Shown piece after piece: positions 8,249 to 18,124 of a DNA stretch of 64,000 nucleotides. The stretch is from Bacteroidota bacterium (GTDB lineage: Bacteria > Bacteroidota > Bacteroidia > Chitinophagales > Saprospiraceae). Position 1 is the stretch's first letter; every line of letters begins with the position of its first letter. The notes beneath the pieces are model-generated. The model saw only the letters and a program-made list of their open reading frames with translations. It ran no database searches and was not told the DNA's origin. Position numbers and translations under genes: made by a program. Location: assembly GCA_039030655.1 (NCBI GenBank), contig JBCCDS010000029.1, positions 4,672 through 68,671 of the forward strand, written 5' to 3'.

Positions 8249-11200
8249 TTATTCGCGAAGTATGGTCAAAGAACCACGCTTCTGTAGTCGGTCACCTGAA
8301 GGATTAGCATAATCCAGGATGTAGTAGTAAGGCCCTTCCGGTAGCTCAGAGCCATCATTGTTGCGGCCTTCAAAGCAGTTGAGACCTCCGTCCTGGCTAC
8401 AATCGTAGTCGTTGACCTTATACACTAGCTGTCCCCAGCGATTATAGATCTCCAGGACATTATCGTTGAAGTCAGCCCCATCGGTACAGAATAGGATGAA
8501 GGCCTCGTTCAGTCCGTCACCATTAGGAGTAATCACATTGCGTTCCGACAGACAGGGGAAGCGGCGATCGCGTACGGTTACTTCCACAATGATGGTTTGA
8601 CAACGAGCGTCATCCGAGACTTCAATCGTGTATACACCCGGACAGAGTCCTTCGGCTGTAGCTCCCGTCTGGCCCATTAATTGCGGCCATTCGTAGGTGT
8701 AGAGTCCGTTACCGCCGTTTACCGTTACATCAATGGTGCCGTTACAACCGTCATCAGCATCCGTAGAGCTGACCGTGGCCGTCAGGGCTTCCGGCGCATT
8801 AACCGAGAAGGTACCTTGAGCTAAACAGCCATTAGCATCCATTACTTCTACAGAATAGCGATTCGGACGCAGGAATGGAATCGCCGGCGTAATTCGGCCA
8901 TCTTCCCAGAGGTAATCATAATCGCCAGCACCGCCAGTAGCGACTAGCTCGATACGTCCATCGCGGGCGTCTTCACAACTAGCATCGGTGATATTAGCAA
9001 CCAACTCAATCGGGCTTGGTGCGATCACTTCCAGCTGCTCGTCGACGATACAACCATCTTCACTGATAACACGAAGGTCATAGGTTCCTGCCGGAGCGTC
9101 GTTGACGATTGCATCCATACTGACCAATCCGCCATTGCGGCGCCATTCGTAGGTATAGTTTCCTGTACCGCTAACTTCAGCCACCAGTTGTGCATCGCTA
9201 AATCCAGCACAGCTGACGTCAAAGCCATTGTAATCGGTCGTTACATTAGCCGTCACAAAAAAGCCATTAGCTGAGCTTATAGTGTAAGTCCGCACCAGGC
9301 TGGCACCAGTGTTGTCCGTAATGACAACGGTGTAGTCTCCAGCAGCAACCTCAGTAAGGTCTTCCGTTTCGGCAATTACGTCGGTGCTGCCTGCTTCTGT
9401 CCAGGAGAAGGTGTAAGGACCAACACCGCCAGCAACCGTAAGGTCTACGGAGCCCGTGGCATCCCCCGGACAGGCAACCTCAGTGGTCTCTCCCTCTTCG
9501 GTCAGTTCTCCAACGTTGAGGTCACTCACTATTTGTTGACAACCGTTGGCGTCCGTAATGGTAGCGGCATAAGTACCAGCACATAGCTCGCTGACCTGGA
9601 GGCCATCCAAATCAGGCTGGTTCCAGCTAACCGTATACATGGGGCTTCCCCCTTCTACGTTCAGGGTAATACTACCCACGCAGGCAGGATCTTCAGTATC
9701 AGAAACAATGGTTGTTCCGGCCACCACGATGGCATCGGGAGCAGTGATCGTAACATTAGTCGTTGACTGGTTACCCTGACCGTCCGTAACGGTGATTACA
9801 AAATCACCCGCCGGCAAGGCAATGATAAGCGTATCTGAATCACTGCTCCCCATCAGATCTCCTGGTTGAGCAACGGCCGTGTAAGGCCCCGTACCATTTA
9901 TGATGATCAACTCAGCGCTACCCAAGGAATCCGCACAAAGTGATGGAGAAGCCGTCGTACCGTCAATTGACATCGGTTGGGAATCGATGGTGAAGCACTC
10001 TTCCGTGGCACAACTGGACTGATCGTTGATCGTAACGCAGTAAACGCCGGGAGCCAGGCCGTCGACATCTTCCGTCATCGCAAAGATGTCGGTTTCACCG
10101 TCGACCCGCCACTCAAAAGTATAAGGCGCAGCCCCTCCCGTAGGACTCAGGTCAATCGTTCCGTTATCTCCGTTGGTAGAAGAAGAAGTCGACCCATTAG
10201 CTAGGATGGGGGTAGGAGCGAAGAGGGTAAAGTTTGAATTGATCGATTCCGTACCGCAGGTAATTTCTACGGAGTAGGTACCGGGTTCTAAACCATCGAT
10301 ATCTTCCATCATGCCAATCACCATACCTTCTGAGTCGGTCCAGACGAAACTACATTCGCCATTACCTCCAGCTACCGTGATGTCGATTGAACCATTGTTT
10401 GCGCCTACACAACCACTATTGATCGTTTGATCGACCAACACTAATCCTTCTGACACCTGGAAACATTGTGCTCTTTCACACATGCGGCTATCCGTCACAG
10501 TTACACAGTAGGTACCCACCATCGTAAGACCAGCAATATCCTCCGTACCTGCGCTAAAGCCACCAGGGCCTGACCAGTTGTAGGTATACTCTGGAGTGCC
10601 TCCATTAACCAGCAGATCGATAGCTCCATCGGTTCCAGCACTGATATTAGTGATCGAACCACTAGCCACCAGAATTTCTGGTTCTTCTACTTCGATGTCG
10701 ATAAGCTCACGACTACAGCCGTTCCCATCCGTCACGGTAACGGAGTAGAAGCCTGCGGCCAAATTGGTCTGCTGCAGCATTCCATCGGGCAGGTTGCCGC
10801 TCCAGTCGATGATGTAAGGACCATTACCCCCTAGAGTAGCAATCGTAATGCTGCCGTTGGCTTCGCCATTACAGCGCACGTCCTGGACATCTACCGCATT
10901 GACCGAGAAGGGCGGAGGTGCATTTACGGTGTAAGTGGCAGAGGCCGTTTCGTTGGTATTCGGGTTGGTAACTATTACGGTGTAGACCCCAGGCGGTAGG
11001 TCCATGACTACGGGGCCATTGCCCACGTTGGGCGACCATTCGTATTCCAGGTTAGCACCACCGGTAATCGTTAGGCTGATGCTACCGTCCGTATCACCTT
11101 CACAGCTGGTGCCTTGCACATCCGCGTCGACAATCATCGGCGCGTCCGAGCAATTGATACCTCCGTTGATCAGCGTAGCTGGAATCTGCCCGTCAGGGCC

Positions 11201-14200
11201 GAAGAATTCAACGGCAATTTGCTGATTGGTAAAGCTGACCGGCCCACATTCTTCCGACTGAATTTCGAAACAAAGTTCAAAGACCTGCGTCCCGTCCGCC
11301 ACTGTTTTTTCCAGACCATCTGGGGAAGGCCAGGCGACCCTTACATCATCATCTCCTGGATTGGTAATCAGGAAGGGGAATAGCCCAGGAATACAATCAA
11401 ATACCGGTCCGCCATCCAGCGGACAATTGGGTACGTTGGCATTCTGAAAAGTGATTACCGCCGGATCGAAAGTGATACCAAACTGGAAGCTGGATACTGC
11501 TTCAAAATTGAAGACCGTAACCGGCACACAAACGGTTTCTCCCACCATACCTTCGGCGGTACCGATGAGGAAGGTCAAACCACTACCTGGTGGCGGGAAA
11601 CCGCTATTAACGATTCCGCCCATCGCAACTACGCCTACATTTTGACCATTCGCATTTCCAGCAATGATAACCGTAGGTACGGCAGTAGGCGTCACCATGG
11701 TCTGAGCAGCTTCTAGTACTTCGAAGCAAATCGAAACCATCACTGAGCCATCCGCGAGGGTTTCACCTGCGGGAGTACCACTCTCCCACACAAAGGACAA
11801 GGCCCCGGGAGAGGGATTAGTGATATTCGCATTCGACAAGCCCGTCAGGTTGAAGTTGGTCGCGTTGTTGTAGCTCAGCACCGTGCTATTGTAGCTCACG
11901 GAAAATTCGAGCTCGGTGAGTTCATCAAAGTTCTCTACCGTAATGTCCAAACAGACTTCTGAGCCAACACCACCACTACCATCTCCAATATCGAAGATGA
12001 GGTTATCCGGCTGGTCGTTACAAGGAATACCATTATTGACCACTCCACCACTTACGTTGACGGTGACGTCGTCATTAGCGGCATTATTGGCCTCAATCAC
12101 TTGAGGCATATTGGTGATAGTAACCGGGGTAGTACAAGCTTCGATCACCGTATAACAGATGTCCAAAATGGTTTCCCCATTGGGCAAGGTCACACTACCA
12201 CTGGCCGCCGACCAGTTGACGATAATCTGCCCTGGAGTGGCGCCACTAGCAGTCAAGCCCGTTAGCGCACCATTAGGCGTCGCCACAGCAAACTGCAGCT
12301 TGGTTGGATCGTAATTGATGCTGAACTGGAAGTCGGTGATGGTATTAAAGTCAAAAGCATTGATATCGAGGCAAACCTGCTCGCCGACCATGCCCGTACC
12401 GTTACTAACCGTTAAGGTAATCTCATTGGGTGGACAAGCAGGACAGTCAGGACCACCACAGTCGATACCCGTCTCTTGGCCATTCATAATACCGTCTTCA
12501 CAGTCACCGGGGCATTCTGGGCAATCGGGACCGCCACAGTCCACACCCGTCTCCTGACCGTTTTGGATACCATCCTCACAGGTCGGCGGGCAAGCGGGGC
12601 AATCGGGACCGCCACAGTCGACGCCCGTCTCCTGGCCATTCTGGATGCCGTCGTCACAAGTCGGGCCACCACCGCAGCCGGCATTTACCGTGCCTGGGAA
12701 GACATCGATGGCCAGACTCTGCCCCAGGTTATTGGAGCCGGTAATGGAAATCGGGTCACCCGTTATTTCTACGGTAGTCGTACAATCATCCTCGATCGTG
12801 AAGCAGAAAGAAGCAATTACGGTTCCATCTGGAAAAGTAAGCCCCATAAACTCCGGGCTCTGATCTACCCAGACCACCCGCAGTGCATCACTGGGTGAAT
12901 TGGTCACCTGCATCGGGCTGAAGGCTGCCAGGAAGTCAGGATTTGCCGTAAAGCTGTTGTAGTTCAGGAAGGCTTCATCGAAATTGATGCTGAACTGGAA
13001 GGCCGTAACGTCGGTAAAGTTGGTCGTAACGACGTCTAGGCAAATTTCCGTGCCTACTCCACCTTCGCCGTTGAGGACGCGGAAGGTCAGGTTGTCCGAA
13101 CAGGGCGCACAGTTAGGACCACCACAGTCGATCTGCGTTTCGCCATTATTTAGGATACCATCATCACAAGTCTCGGTGGGCGGACAAGCAGCACAATCAG
13201 GGCCACCGCAGTCAACCCCCGTTTCTTGACCATTCTGAATACCATCCTCGCAGGTCGGAGGATTGATGCAAGGATCACAATCAGGACCGCCACAATCGAC
13301 ACCAGTTTCGTTGCCATTCTGGACACCATCATTACAAGTCGGACAGGGTGCACAATTGGGACCGCCACAATCGACATCCGTCTCGCCGTTGTTCTGGATG
13401 CCGTCATTACAGCTTTCAGTCGTACCGCCATTGACGATACCGCCACTGACGAATACATCCTGGCTCTGGCCCAGGTTATTGGAGGCTGTAATCGAAATGG
13501 GCGTACCCGTGATGTCCACCGGCGTTTGGTCGTCATCAAGCACCGTAAAGCAAAGCGTTGCAATCACCGTTCCGTCGGGGAAGCTGAGACCCATGAATTC
13601 CGGGCTCTGGTCTACCCAGACGATACGTAGAGCGTTGCTTGGCGAGTTGGTCACCTGCATCGGGCTGAAGGCCGCCAGGAAATCGGGATTGGCCGTGAAG
13701 TTATCGTAAGAAAGGAAGGCCTCGTCAAAGTTAACACTGAACTGGAAGGCCGTAATGTCGGTAAAGTTGGCCGTAGTAATATCCAGACATACCTGGCTAC
13801 CGACGCCACCGTTACCATCTTGTAGATCGAAAGTCAATAAGCTGTTACAGGGGGCACAGTTGGGGCCACCACAGTCGACTTCAATCTCACCGTTGTTCAG
13901 GATACCATCATCGCAGGTTTCCATGACGTTACAGGGCATACAATCAGGGCCACCACAGTCTATACCGGTTTCGTTACCGTTCTGGATGCCATCAGTACAG
14001 TTCGGTGGGTCGATACAAGGATCACAATTAGGACCGCCACAGTCCACGCCCGTTTCACCATTATTCTGGATACCGTCGTTACAGGTCTCGGTAGTCGAAC
14101 CGTTGACGATACCGCCATCGACAAATACATCCTGGCTCTGGCCCAGATTATTAGAGGCTGTGATAGAAATCGGCGAGCCCGTAATATCGACCGTTGTTTG

Positions 14201-17092
14201 ACCATCATCCACTACCGTAAAGCAGATGGTGGCAATCACCGTTCCGTCTGCAAAACTCAGGCCCAGGAATTCCGGGCTCTGGTCTACCCAGACCACCCGT
14301 AGTGCATCACTAGGCGAGTTAGTCACCTGCAGTGGGCTGAAAGCCGCTAGAAAATCAGGATTAGCCGTGAAGTTGTCGTAAGTCAGGAAGGACTCATCGA
14401 AATTGACACTGAACTGGAAAGCCGTAATGTCGGTAAAGTTGGCCGTGGTAATATCCAGACAGACTTGAGCGCCAATGCCCCCAGCGCCATTTTGAACATC
14501 AAAGGTCAGATCATCGCTCATGACCATACAAGGATCACAGCTACCGCCACAGTCTACGCCGGTTTCATCGCCGTTTTGAATTCCATCATTACAAGTCGTA
14601 CAAGGTGCACAACTACCGCCACAATCGACACCAGTTTCGTCACCGTTCTGGATGCCGTCGTTACAGGTCGGGGTCATCCCATCTCCATTAACGATGCCTC
14701 CTTGGGTGCTTACCGCCAGCGCCATACCGCTATTATCGGAAGCCGTGATGGAGATCGGTGAGCCGCTTATATCTACGAAAGTCTGACCATCGTCAACAAC
14801 CGTAAAGCAAATCGTAGCGATCACCGTTCCGTTAGGGAAGCTCAGGCCTTGGAATTCCGGGCTCTGATCCACCCAGACAACTCGTAAAGCATTGCTCGGT
14901 GAATTAGTCACCTGCAGTGGGCTGAAGTTGGCGATAAAATCGGGGTTGGCCGTAAAGTTGTCGTAAGTCAGGAAGGACTCGTCAAAATTGACACTGAATT
15001 GGAAGGCGGTTACATCCGTGAAGTTAGTCGTCGTGATGTCGAGACAAACCTGCGTACCTACATCGCCATCACCAGGCTGAATCGTGAAGCTCAAATCATC
15101 ACCTCCAGCACAAGGAGAGCAATTAGGGCCACCACAGTCAACGCCCGTCTCGCCATTGTTCTGGATGCCATCATTACAGCTTTCGCAAGGCGCACAAGAG
15201 CCACCGCAGTCAACACCAGTCTCTGTTCCGTTCTGGATACCGTCGTTACAAGTAGGCGTCGTTCCACCATTGACGGAACCACCCTGCGTATCCACCGGTA
15301 AGGCCTGTCCCATATTGTTGGCTGCCGTAATGACGATTGGGCTATTGGTAATGTCTACCGTAGTCGGGCCATCATCTACAATCGTGAAACATAGCGTAGC
15401 CAGGACCGTACCATCAGGGAAGGTAAGTCCCAGGAATTCCGGAGACTGATCCGTCCACACAATCCGCAGTACACCATCCGCTGAGTTAGTTACTTGCAGT
15501 GGACTAAAATTATTGGCGAAAGCCGGATTGGCCGTAAAGTTGGTATAGGCCAGGAAGTCGGTATCAAAATTGACACTAAACTGCCAGGCAGCAATATTGG
15601 TATAATTACTAGTGGTCAGGTCTAGGCAGATCTGCTGTCCGGCGTTGCCTGATCCATCAGCGATGGTAAAGCTCAGATTGTCGCTACCATTATCGCAGGG
15701 TGCACAACTGCCACCACAATCTACTCCCGTCTCCGTTCCATTCTGGATGCCGTCGTTACAGCTTGGTCCGCCGCCATTACCGGCATTGATCGTGCCATCG
15801 TCGGTGATTACGTTGAAGGGTACACCGTTGTTATTAAAGGCCTCGATTGGAATGGGCGTATTCGAAAAGACGACGTCCGTCTCACTATCGTCGAGGATGC
15901 GGAAACAAACCGAAAGCAAGATGGACCCATCGGGCAGGCTTGCACCCAGGTTATCCGCATTCTGGTAGAAATAGCTCACCCGAACTTGACCAGGCGTTCC
16001 ACTAGGTTGACTGGCCTGAATAGTAGGAAAAGCCAGGTTGTCGAAATTTTGGAATTGTAGGCGACTAGCGTCGTAGTTGATACTGAACTGCATCGCAGCC
16101 ACTGCTTCAAAAGCATTGACGGTGAGGTCCAGACAGACCGTAGTGCCGATGGCACCGTTACCATCTGACAAATCAAAGATGAAATCGTCACTGCCTCCTG
16201 CTGGTGGTGATGCCGTACCCGATAGCACGTCGGTTCCAATCATAGCCCCCGCGTCGGTGGTCGCGGAGCCGGCCGCGCCTTCGCTGATCACCTTCGTTCC
16301 TGGATCAGAATAGTTAGCGGGAATAGCATGACAGAGGCTAAAGGCCGTCAAGCCATCAGCTAGCGTTACCCCAGGCGTACTTCCGTGGGTATAACTGATC
16401 AAGGCAGTATTGTTCCCACTCACCGTCAGGTTGCCGGTCAGACTGGGGTGCACATTACTAATCGTAGGGGTGGCCACTGCTCCCAGTGGGTTACTCACCG
16501 TAAACTGGAAACTGGTGATCGCAGAGAACTCGGCGACCGTTACATCCTGACAAATAGTTTGCCCGGGCATAATTTGACCATTGCCGAAGTCGAAGACGAG
16601 ATCATTAGGTACCGCACCATTACCTTCATTGACCAGGCCATTGTTGTAGGTCACCCCGGCAATCGGCCCCGATTGGCCACTCACTTCTGCGGTAATCGGC
16701 GTGCTGGAGAAGACCACATTCGTCTCTTCATCAGACAGCACGTTGAAGCAAACAGTACCAATCAGAAAGGGGTCGGCGCTGGTAAAGCCTTCCAAGCCGA
16801 AAACGGACCATTGCACCCGGATATCTCCAGGGGCCGGATTGCTGATATTAACGGGAGCTCCAATCAGGATTTCTCCGGTTCGAGAGCCGTACTCCAGCAC
16901 ACTGGCGTCGTAATTGACGCTGAACTGAAATCCAAAGATGTTGTCGAAGTTGTCGCCGGTTATATCGAGACAGAGCTCCGTTCCAGTAGCGGCATCTTCA
17001 CTTTCGATCGTGAGAATTGGCACCTGAGAGAATAGTTGCGTAAAGCTGAACAAGCATAGGATGCCCGCCAGTAAACTGTAGCGTCCTTCCAT
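8249..17092 (-). CDS. Giant SprB-like cell-surface protein: 11 cohesin-like modules, 15 four-Cys motifs, about 11 SprB repeats and a T9SS type-B C-terminal sorting domain
   Basis: Uninterrupted 2947-aa ORF with a signal peptide ending LFSFTQLFSQ. The recurring FQFS[VI]N[YF]D motif marks the cohesin-like modules. Other repeats are the motif CxDGxxNxxETGxDCGGxxCxxC (x15) and SprB-type repeats (C.G..NGSI.L...GG..PY.Y.W) over roughly nt 8590-11110. The C-terminus ITPNGDGLNEAF...YNRWGQLVY...GPYYYIL matches the gliding-motility/type-B CTD. Confidence 0.9.
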   Translation of the reverse strand: MEGRYSLLAGILCLFSFTQLFSQVPILTIESEDAATGTELCLDITGDNFDNIFGFQFSVNYDASVLEYGSRTGEILIGAPVNISNPAPGDIRVQWSVFGLEGFTSADPFLIGTVCFNVLSDEETNVVFSSTPITAEVSGQSGPIAGVTYNNGLVNEGNGAVPNDLVFDFGNGQIMPGQTICQDVTVAEFSAITSFQFTVSNPLGAVATPTISNVHPSLTGNLTVSGNNTALISYTHGSTPGVTLADGLTAFSLCHAIPANYSDPGTKVISEGAAGSATTDAGAMIGTDVLSGTASPPAGGSDDFIFDLSDGNGAIGTTVCLDLTVNAFEAVAAMQFSINYDASRLQFQNFDNLAFPTIQASQPSGTPGQVRVSYFYQNADNLGASLPDGSILLSVCFRILDDSETDVVFSNTPIPIEAFNNNGVPFNVITDDGTINAGNGGGPSCNDGIQNGTETGVDCGGSCAPCDNGSDNLSFTIADGSGNAGQQICLDLTTSNYTNIAAWQFSVNFDTDFLAYTNFTANPAFANNFSPLQVTNSADGVLRIVWTDQSPEFLGLTFPDGTVLATLCFTIVDDGPTTVDITNSPIVITAANNMGQALPVDTQGGSVNGGTTPTCNDGIQNGTETGVDCGGSCAPCESCNDGIQNNGETGVDCGGPNCSPCAGGDDLSFTIQPGDGDVGTQVCLDITTTNFTDVTAFQFSVNFDESFLTYDNFTANPDFIANFSPLQVTNSPSNALRVVWVDQSPEFQGLSFPNGTVIATICFTVVDDGQTFVDISGSPISITASDNSGMALAVSTQGGIVNGDGMTPTCNDGIQNGDETGVDCGGSCAPCTTCNDGIQNGDETGVDCGGSCDPCMVMSDDLTFDVQNGAGGIGAQVCLDITTANFTDITAFQFSVNFDESFLTYDNFTANPDFLAAFSPLQVTNSPSDALRVVWVDQSPEFLGLSFADGTVIATICFTVVDDGQTTVDITGSPISITASNNLGQSQDVFVDGGIVNGSTTETCNDGIQNNGETGVDCGGPNCDPCIDPPNCTDGIQNGNETGIDCGGPDCMPCNVMETCDDGILNNGEIEVDCGGPNCAPCNSLLTFDLQDGNGGVGSQVCLDITTANFTDITAFQFSVNFDEAFLSYDNFTANPDFLAAFSPMQVTNSPSNALRIVWVDQSPEFMGLSFPDGTVIATLCFTVLDDDQTPVDITGTPISITASNNLGQSQDVFVSGGIVNGGTTESCNDGIQNNGETDVDCGGPNCAPCPTCNDGVQNGNETGVDCGGPDCDPCINPPTCEDGIQNGQETGVDCGGPDCAACPPTETCDDGILNNGETQIDCGGPNCAPCSDNLTFRVLNGEGGVGTEICLDVVTTNFTDVTAFQFSINFDEAFLNYNSFTANPDFLAAFSPMQVTNSPSDALRVVWVDQSPEFMGLTFPDGTVIASFCFTIEDDCTTTVEITGDPISITGSNNLGQSLAIDVFPGTVNAGCGGGPTCDDGIQNGQETGVDCGGPDCPACPPTCEDGIQNGQETGVDCGGPDCPECPGDCEDGIMNGQETGIDCGGPDCPACPPNEITLTVSNGTGMVGEQVCLDINAFDFNTITDFQFSINYDPTKLQFAVATPNGALTGLTASGATPGQIIVNWSAASGSVTLPNGETILDICYTVIEACTTPVTITNMPQVIEANNAANDDVTVNVSGGVVNNGIPCNDQPDNLIFDIGDGSGGVGSEVCLDITVENFDELTELEFSVSYNSTVLSYNNATNFNLTGLSNANITNPSPGALSFVWESGTPAGETLADGSVMVSICFEVLEAAQTMVTPTAVPTVIIAGNANGQNVGVVAMGGIVNSGFPPPGSGLTFLIGTAEGMVGETVCVPVTVFNFEAVSSFQFGITFDPAVITFQNANVPNCPLDGGPVFDCIPGLFPFLITNPGDDDVRVAWPSPDGLEKTVADGTQVFELCFEIQSEECGPVSFTNQQIAVEFFGPDGQIPATLINGGINCSDAPMIVDADVQGTSCEGDTDGSISLTITGGANLEYEWSPNVGNGPVVMDLPPGVYTVIVTNPNTNETASATYTVNAPPPFSVNAVDVQDVRCNGEANGSITIATLGGNGPYIIDWSGNLPDGMLQQTNLAAGFYSVTVTDGNGCSRELIDIEVEEPEILVASGSITNISAGTDGAIDLLVNGGTPEYTYNWSGPGGFSAGTEDIAGLTMVGTYCVTVTDSRMCERAQCFQVSEGLVLVDQTINSGCVGANNGSIDITVAGGNGECSFVWTDSEGMVIGMMEDIDGLEPGTYSVEITCGTESINSNFTLFAPTPILANGSTSSSTNGDNGTIDLSPTGGAAPYTFEWRVDGETDIFAMTEDVDGLAPGVYCVTINDQSSCATEECFTIDSQPMSIDGTTASPSLCADSLGSAELIIINGTGPYTAVAQPGDLMGSSDSDTLIIALPAGDFVITVTDGQGNQSTTNVTITAPDAIVVAGTTIVSDTEDPACVGSITLNVEGGSPMYTVSWNQPDLDGLQVSELCAGTYAATITDANGCQQIVSDLNVGELTEEGETTEVACPGDATGSVDLTVAGGVGPYTFSWTEAGSTDVIAETEDLTEVAAGDYTVVITDNTGASLVRTYTISSANGFFVTANVTTDYNGFDVSCAGFSDAQLVAEVSGTGNYTYEWRRNGGLVSMDAIVNDAPAGTYDLRVISEDGCIVDEQLEVIAPSPIELVANITDASCEDARDGRIELVATGGAGDYDYLWEDGRITPAIPFLRPNRYSVEVMDANGCLAQGTFSVNAPEALTATVSSTDADDGCNGTIDVTVNGGNGLYTYEWPQLMGQTGATAEGLCPGVYTIEVSDDARCQTIIVEVTVRDRRFPCLSERNVITPNGDGLNEAFILFCTDGADFNDNVLEIYNRWGQLVYKVNDYDCSQDGGLNCFEGRNNDGSELPEGPYYYILDYANPSGDRLQKRGSLTILRE
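12434..15760 (-). repeat. In-frame tandem module array inside the giant gene (cohesin-like module plus 1-4 Cys motifs per unit)
   Basis: The landmark CTGAA[CT]TGGAA (complement of the FQFS codons) recurs at 12321, 12990, 13737, 14409 and 14994, with variants at 15576 and 16083. Spacings are 669, 747, 672, 585, 582 and 507 nt. The first and last Cys motifs lie at 15695-15760 and 12434-12503. Confidence 0.85.
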
Positions 17093-17177
17093 GGGAGTAA
17101 TCGGGATTTGGGATATGATAGTAATTGGGACGAAAAACTAGGGCGGTTCAGGTGAATAGCTTACATCGGTATAAAAA

Positions 17178-17948
17178 CTAGCCGCCGGTAAAGACGACTT
17201 TTTGACTCAGTTGTAGCTCGTCGCCGGTCACCTCAATTAAGTAGGTGCCCGCGGCGGGCATATCGCTAGCTTCCAAAGATACTTGGTTCACACCAGCATC
17301 CAATTCCAGCGATCGTTGTTGCACCAAACGCCCTTGCAGATCATAGATACGCAACTGGGCCGTTTGTTCTTTTATCATTTCAATACGCAGCTGGGTCGCC
17401 ACGGAGAAGGGGTTGGGAAGGGCGGTCATTTGTACTTCCGCAGGTGTTCCCGTCAGGTCTGGCATTACGCGGATAGTGGCACCAGTAAACTGGGCAGGCA
17501 TTTCCTGACCTACACCGTTGCCCACTAAACAGCGGGTGGGTTGCTCGCTGAAATTGAGATGAACTTCCTCTCCTACCCGAGCCAATACTTTAAAGCGTAG
17601 ACTATAGAGTATAGTCCCGTCTTCCAGGTCATAGCCTTGCAGGGCCGGATCCATAAAAGTATAAGCCAACCGCCCTGCATCGGTCTGACGCAGATTGAAA
17701 TTAGCCGTAGCGGTAGCACCTAATGCTAAGTTCTTTACTTCCTGAAAACTTAATTGCTCTGGATCCCAATTGAGGGAAAGTTGAGCAGCTGCGACTGCAC
17801 GAAAGTCTTCTACAGACAAGTCCAGCTCCACGAACTGATCGGGAGCGGCTTCTACATCAGGAATGAAGAAGGTAGTAAGCTGTGCCTGGAGCTGGCTAGC
17901 CAATAGCAGCGGCAGGACTCCAAGGAAGCGGAGTAGCATTCTGCTCAT
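17178..17948 (-). CDS. Small secreted single-cohesin-domain protein with T9SS type-A C-terminal sorting domain
   Basis: Signal peptide MSRMLLRFLGVLPLLLASQLQAQ (ATG at 17948; the ORF track starts at a GTG at 17954). Cohesin-like signature VAAAQLSLNWDPEQLSF. C-terminal LPNPFSVATQLRIEM...IYDLQGRLV matches the Por secretion tail. Confidence 0.8.
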   Translation of the reverse strand: MSRMLLRFLGVLPLLLASQLQAQLTTFFIPDVEAAPDQFVELDLSVEDFRAVAAAQLSLNWDPEQLSFQEVKNLALGATATANFNLRQTDAGRLAYTFMDPALQGYDLEDGTILYSLRFKVLARVGEEVHLNFSEQPTRCLVGNGVGQEMPAQFTGATIRVMPDLTGTPAEVQMTALPNPFSVATQLRIEMIKEQTAQLRIYDLQGRLVQQRSLELDAGVNQVSLEASDMPAAGTYLIEVTGDELQLSQKVVFTGG

Positions 17949-18063
17949 ATTCACGGGATTATGTTAAACAAGTGGTTGCTGTTCGGACAGCCACTAAAGC
18001 TACGCTAAGGTAACTCTAAATTTCCGAACCGCCTGTGATTTTTGGTCTGCCCTAAAACATTAC

Positions 18064-18090
18064 GCCCCGCCTGCCAAAGGCAGACGGGGC
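18064..18090 (-). terminator. Terminator hairpin after the 1667-aa gene
   Basis: GCCCCGCCTGCC (18064-18075) pairs with GGCAGACGGGGC (18079-18090), 35 nt downstream of the stop at 18125. Confidence 0.55.
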
Positions 18091-18124
18091 GCTTGTATTC
18101 ATTAAGCTTAGGAAGTAGCCCTCT

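Noticed and set aside
12434-15760. Regularly spaced repeats that could be mistaken for a CRISPR array or satellite.
   Set aside because: The units are 580-750 nt, lie in one continuous reading frame, and encode recognisable protein modules. There is no short repeat/spacer periodicity and no cas genes.
12315-17035. Many plus-strand ORFs of 60-216 aa in the track (e.g. 12476-12898, 13226-13630, 13755-14201, 15084-15449, 16385-17035).
   Set aside because: They lie entirely antisense to the uninterrupted 2947-aa ORF, whose domain content is coherent. Their own repetitiveness (…GPPQSTPVS…) simply mirrors the repeated Cys-motif codons. They are treated as shadow ORFs.
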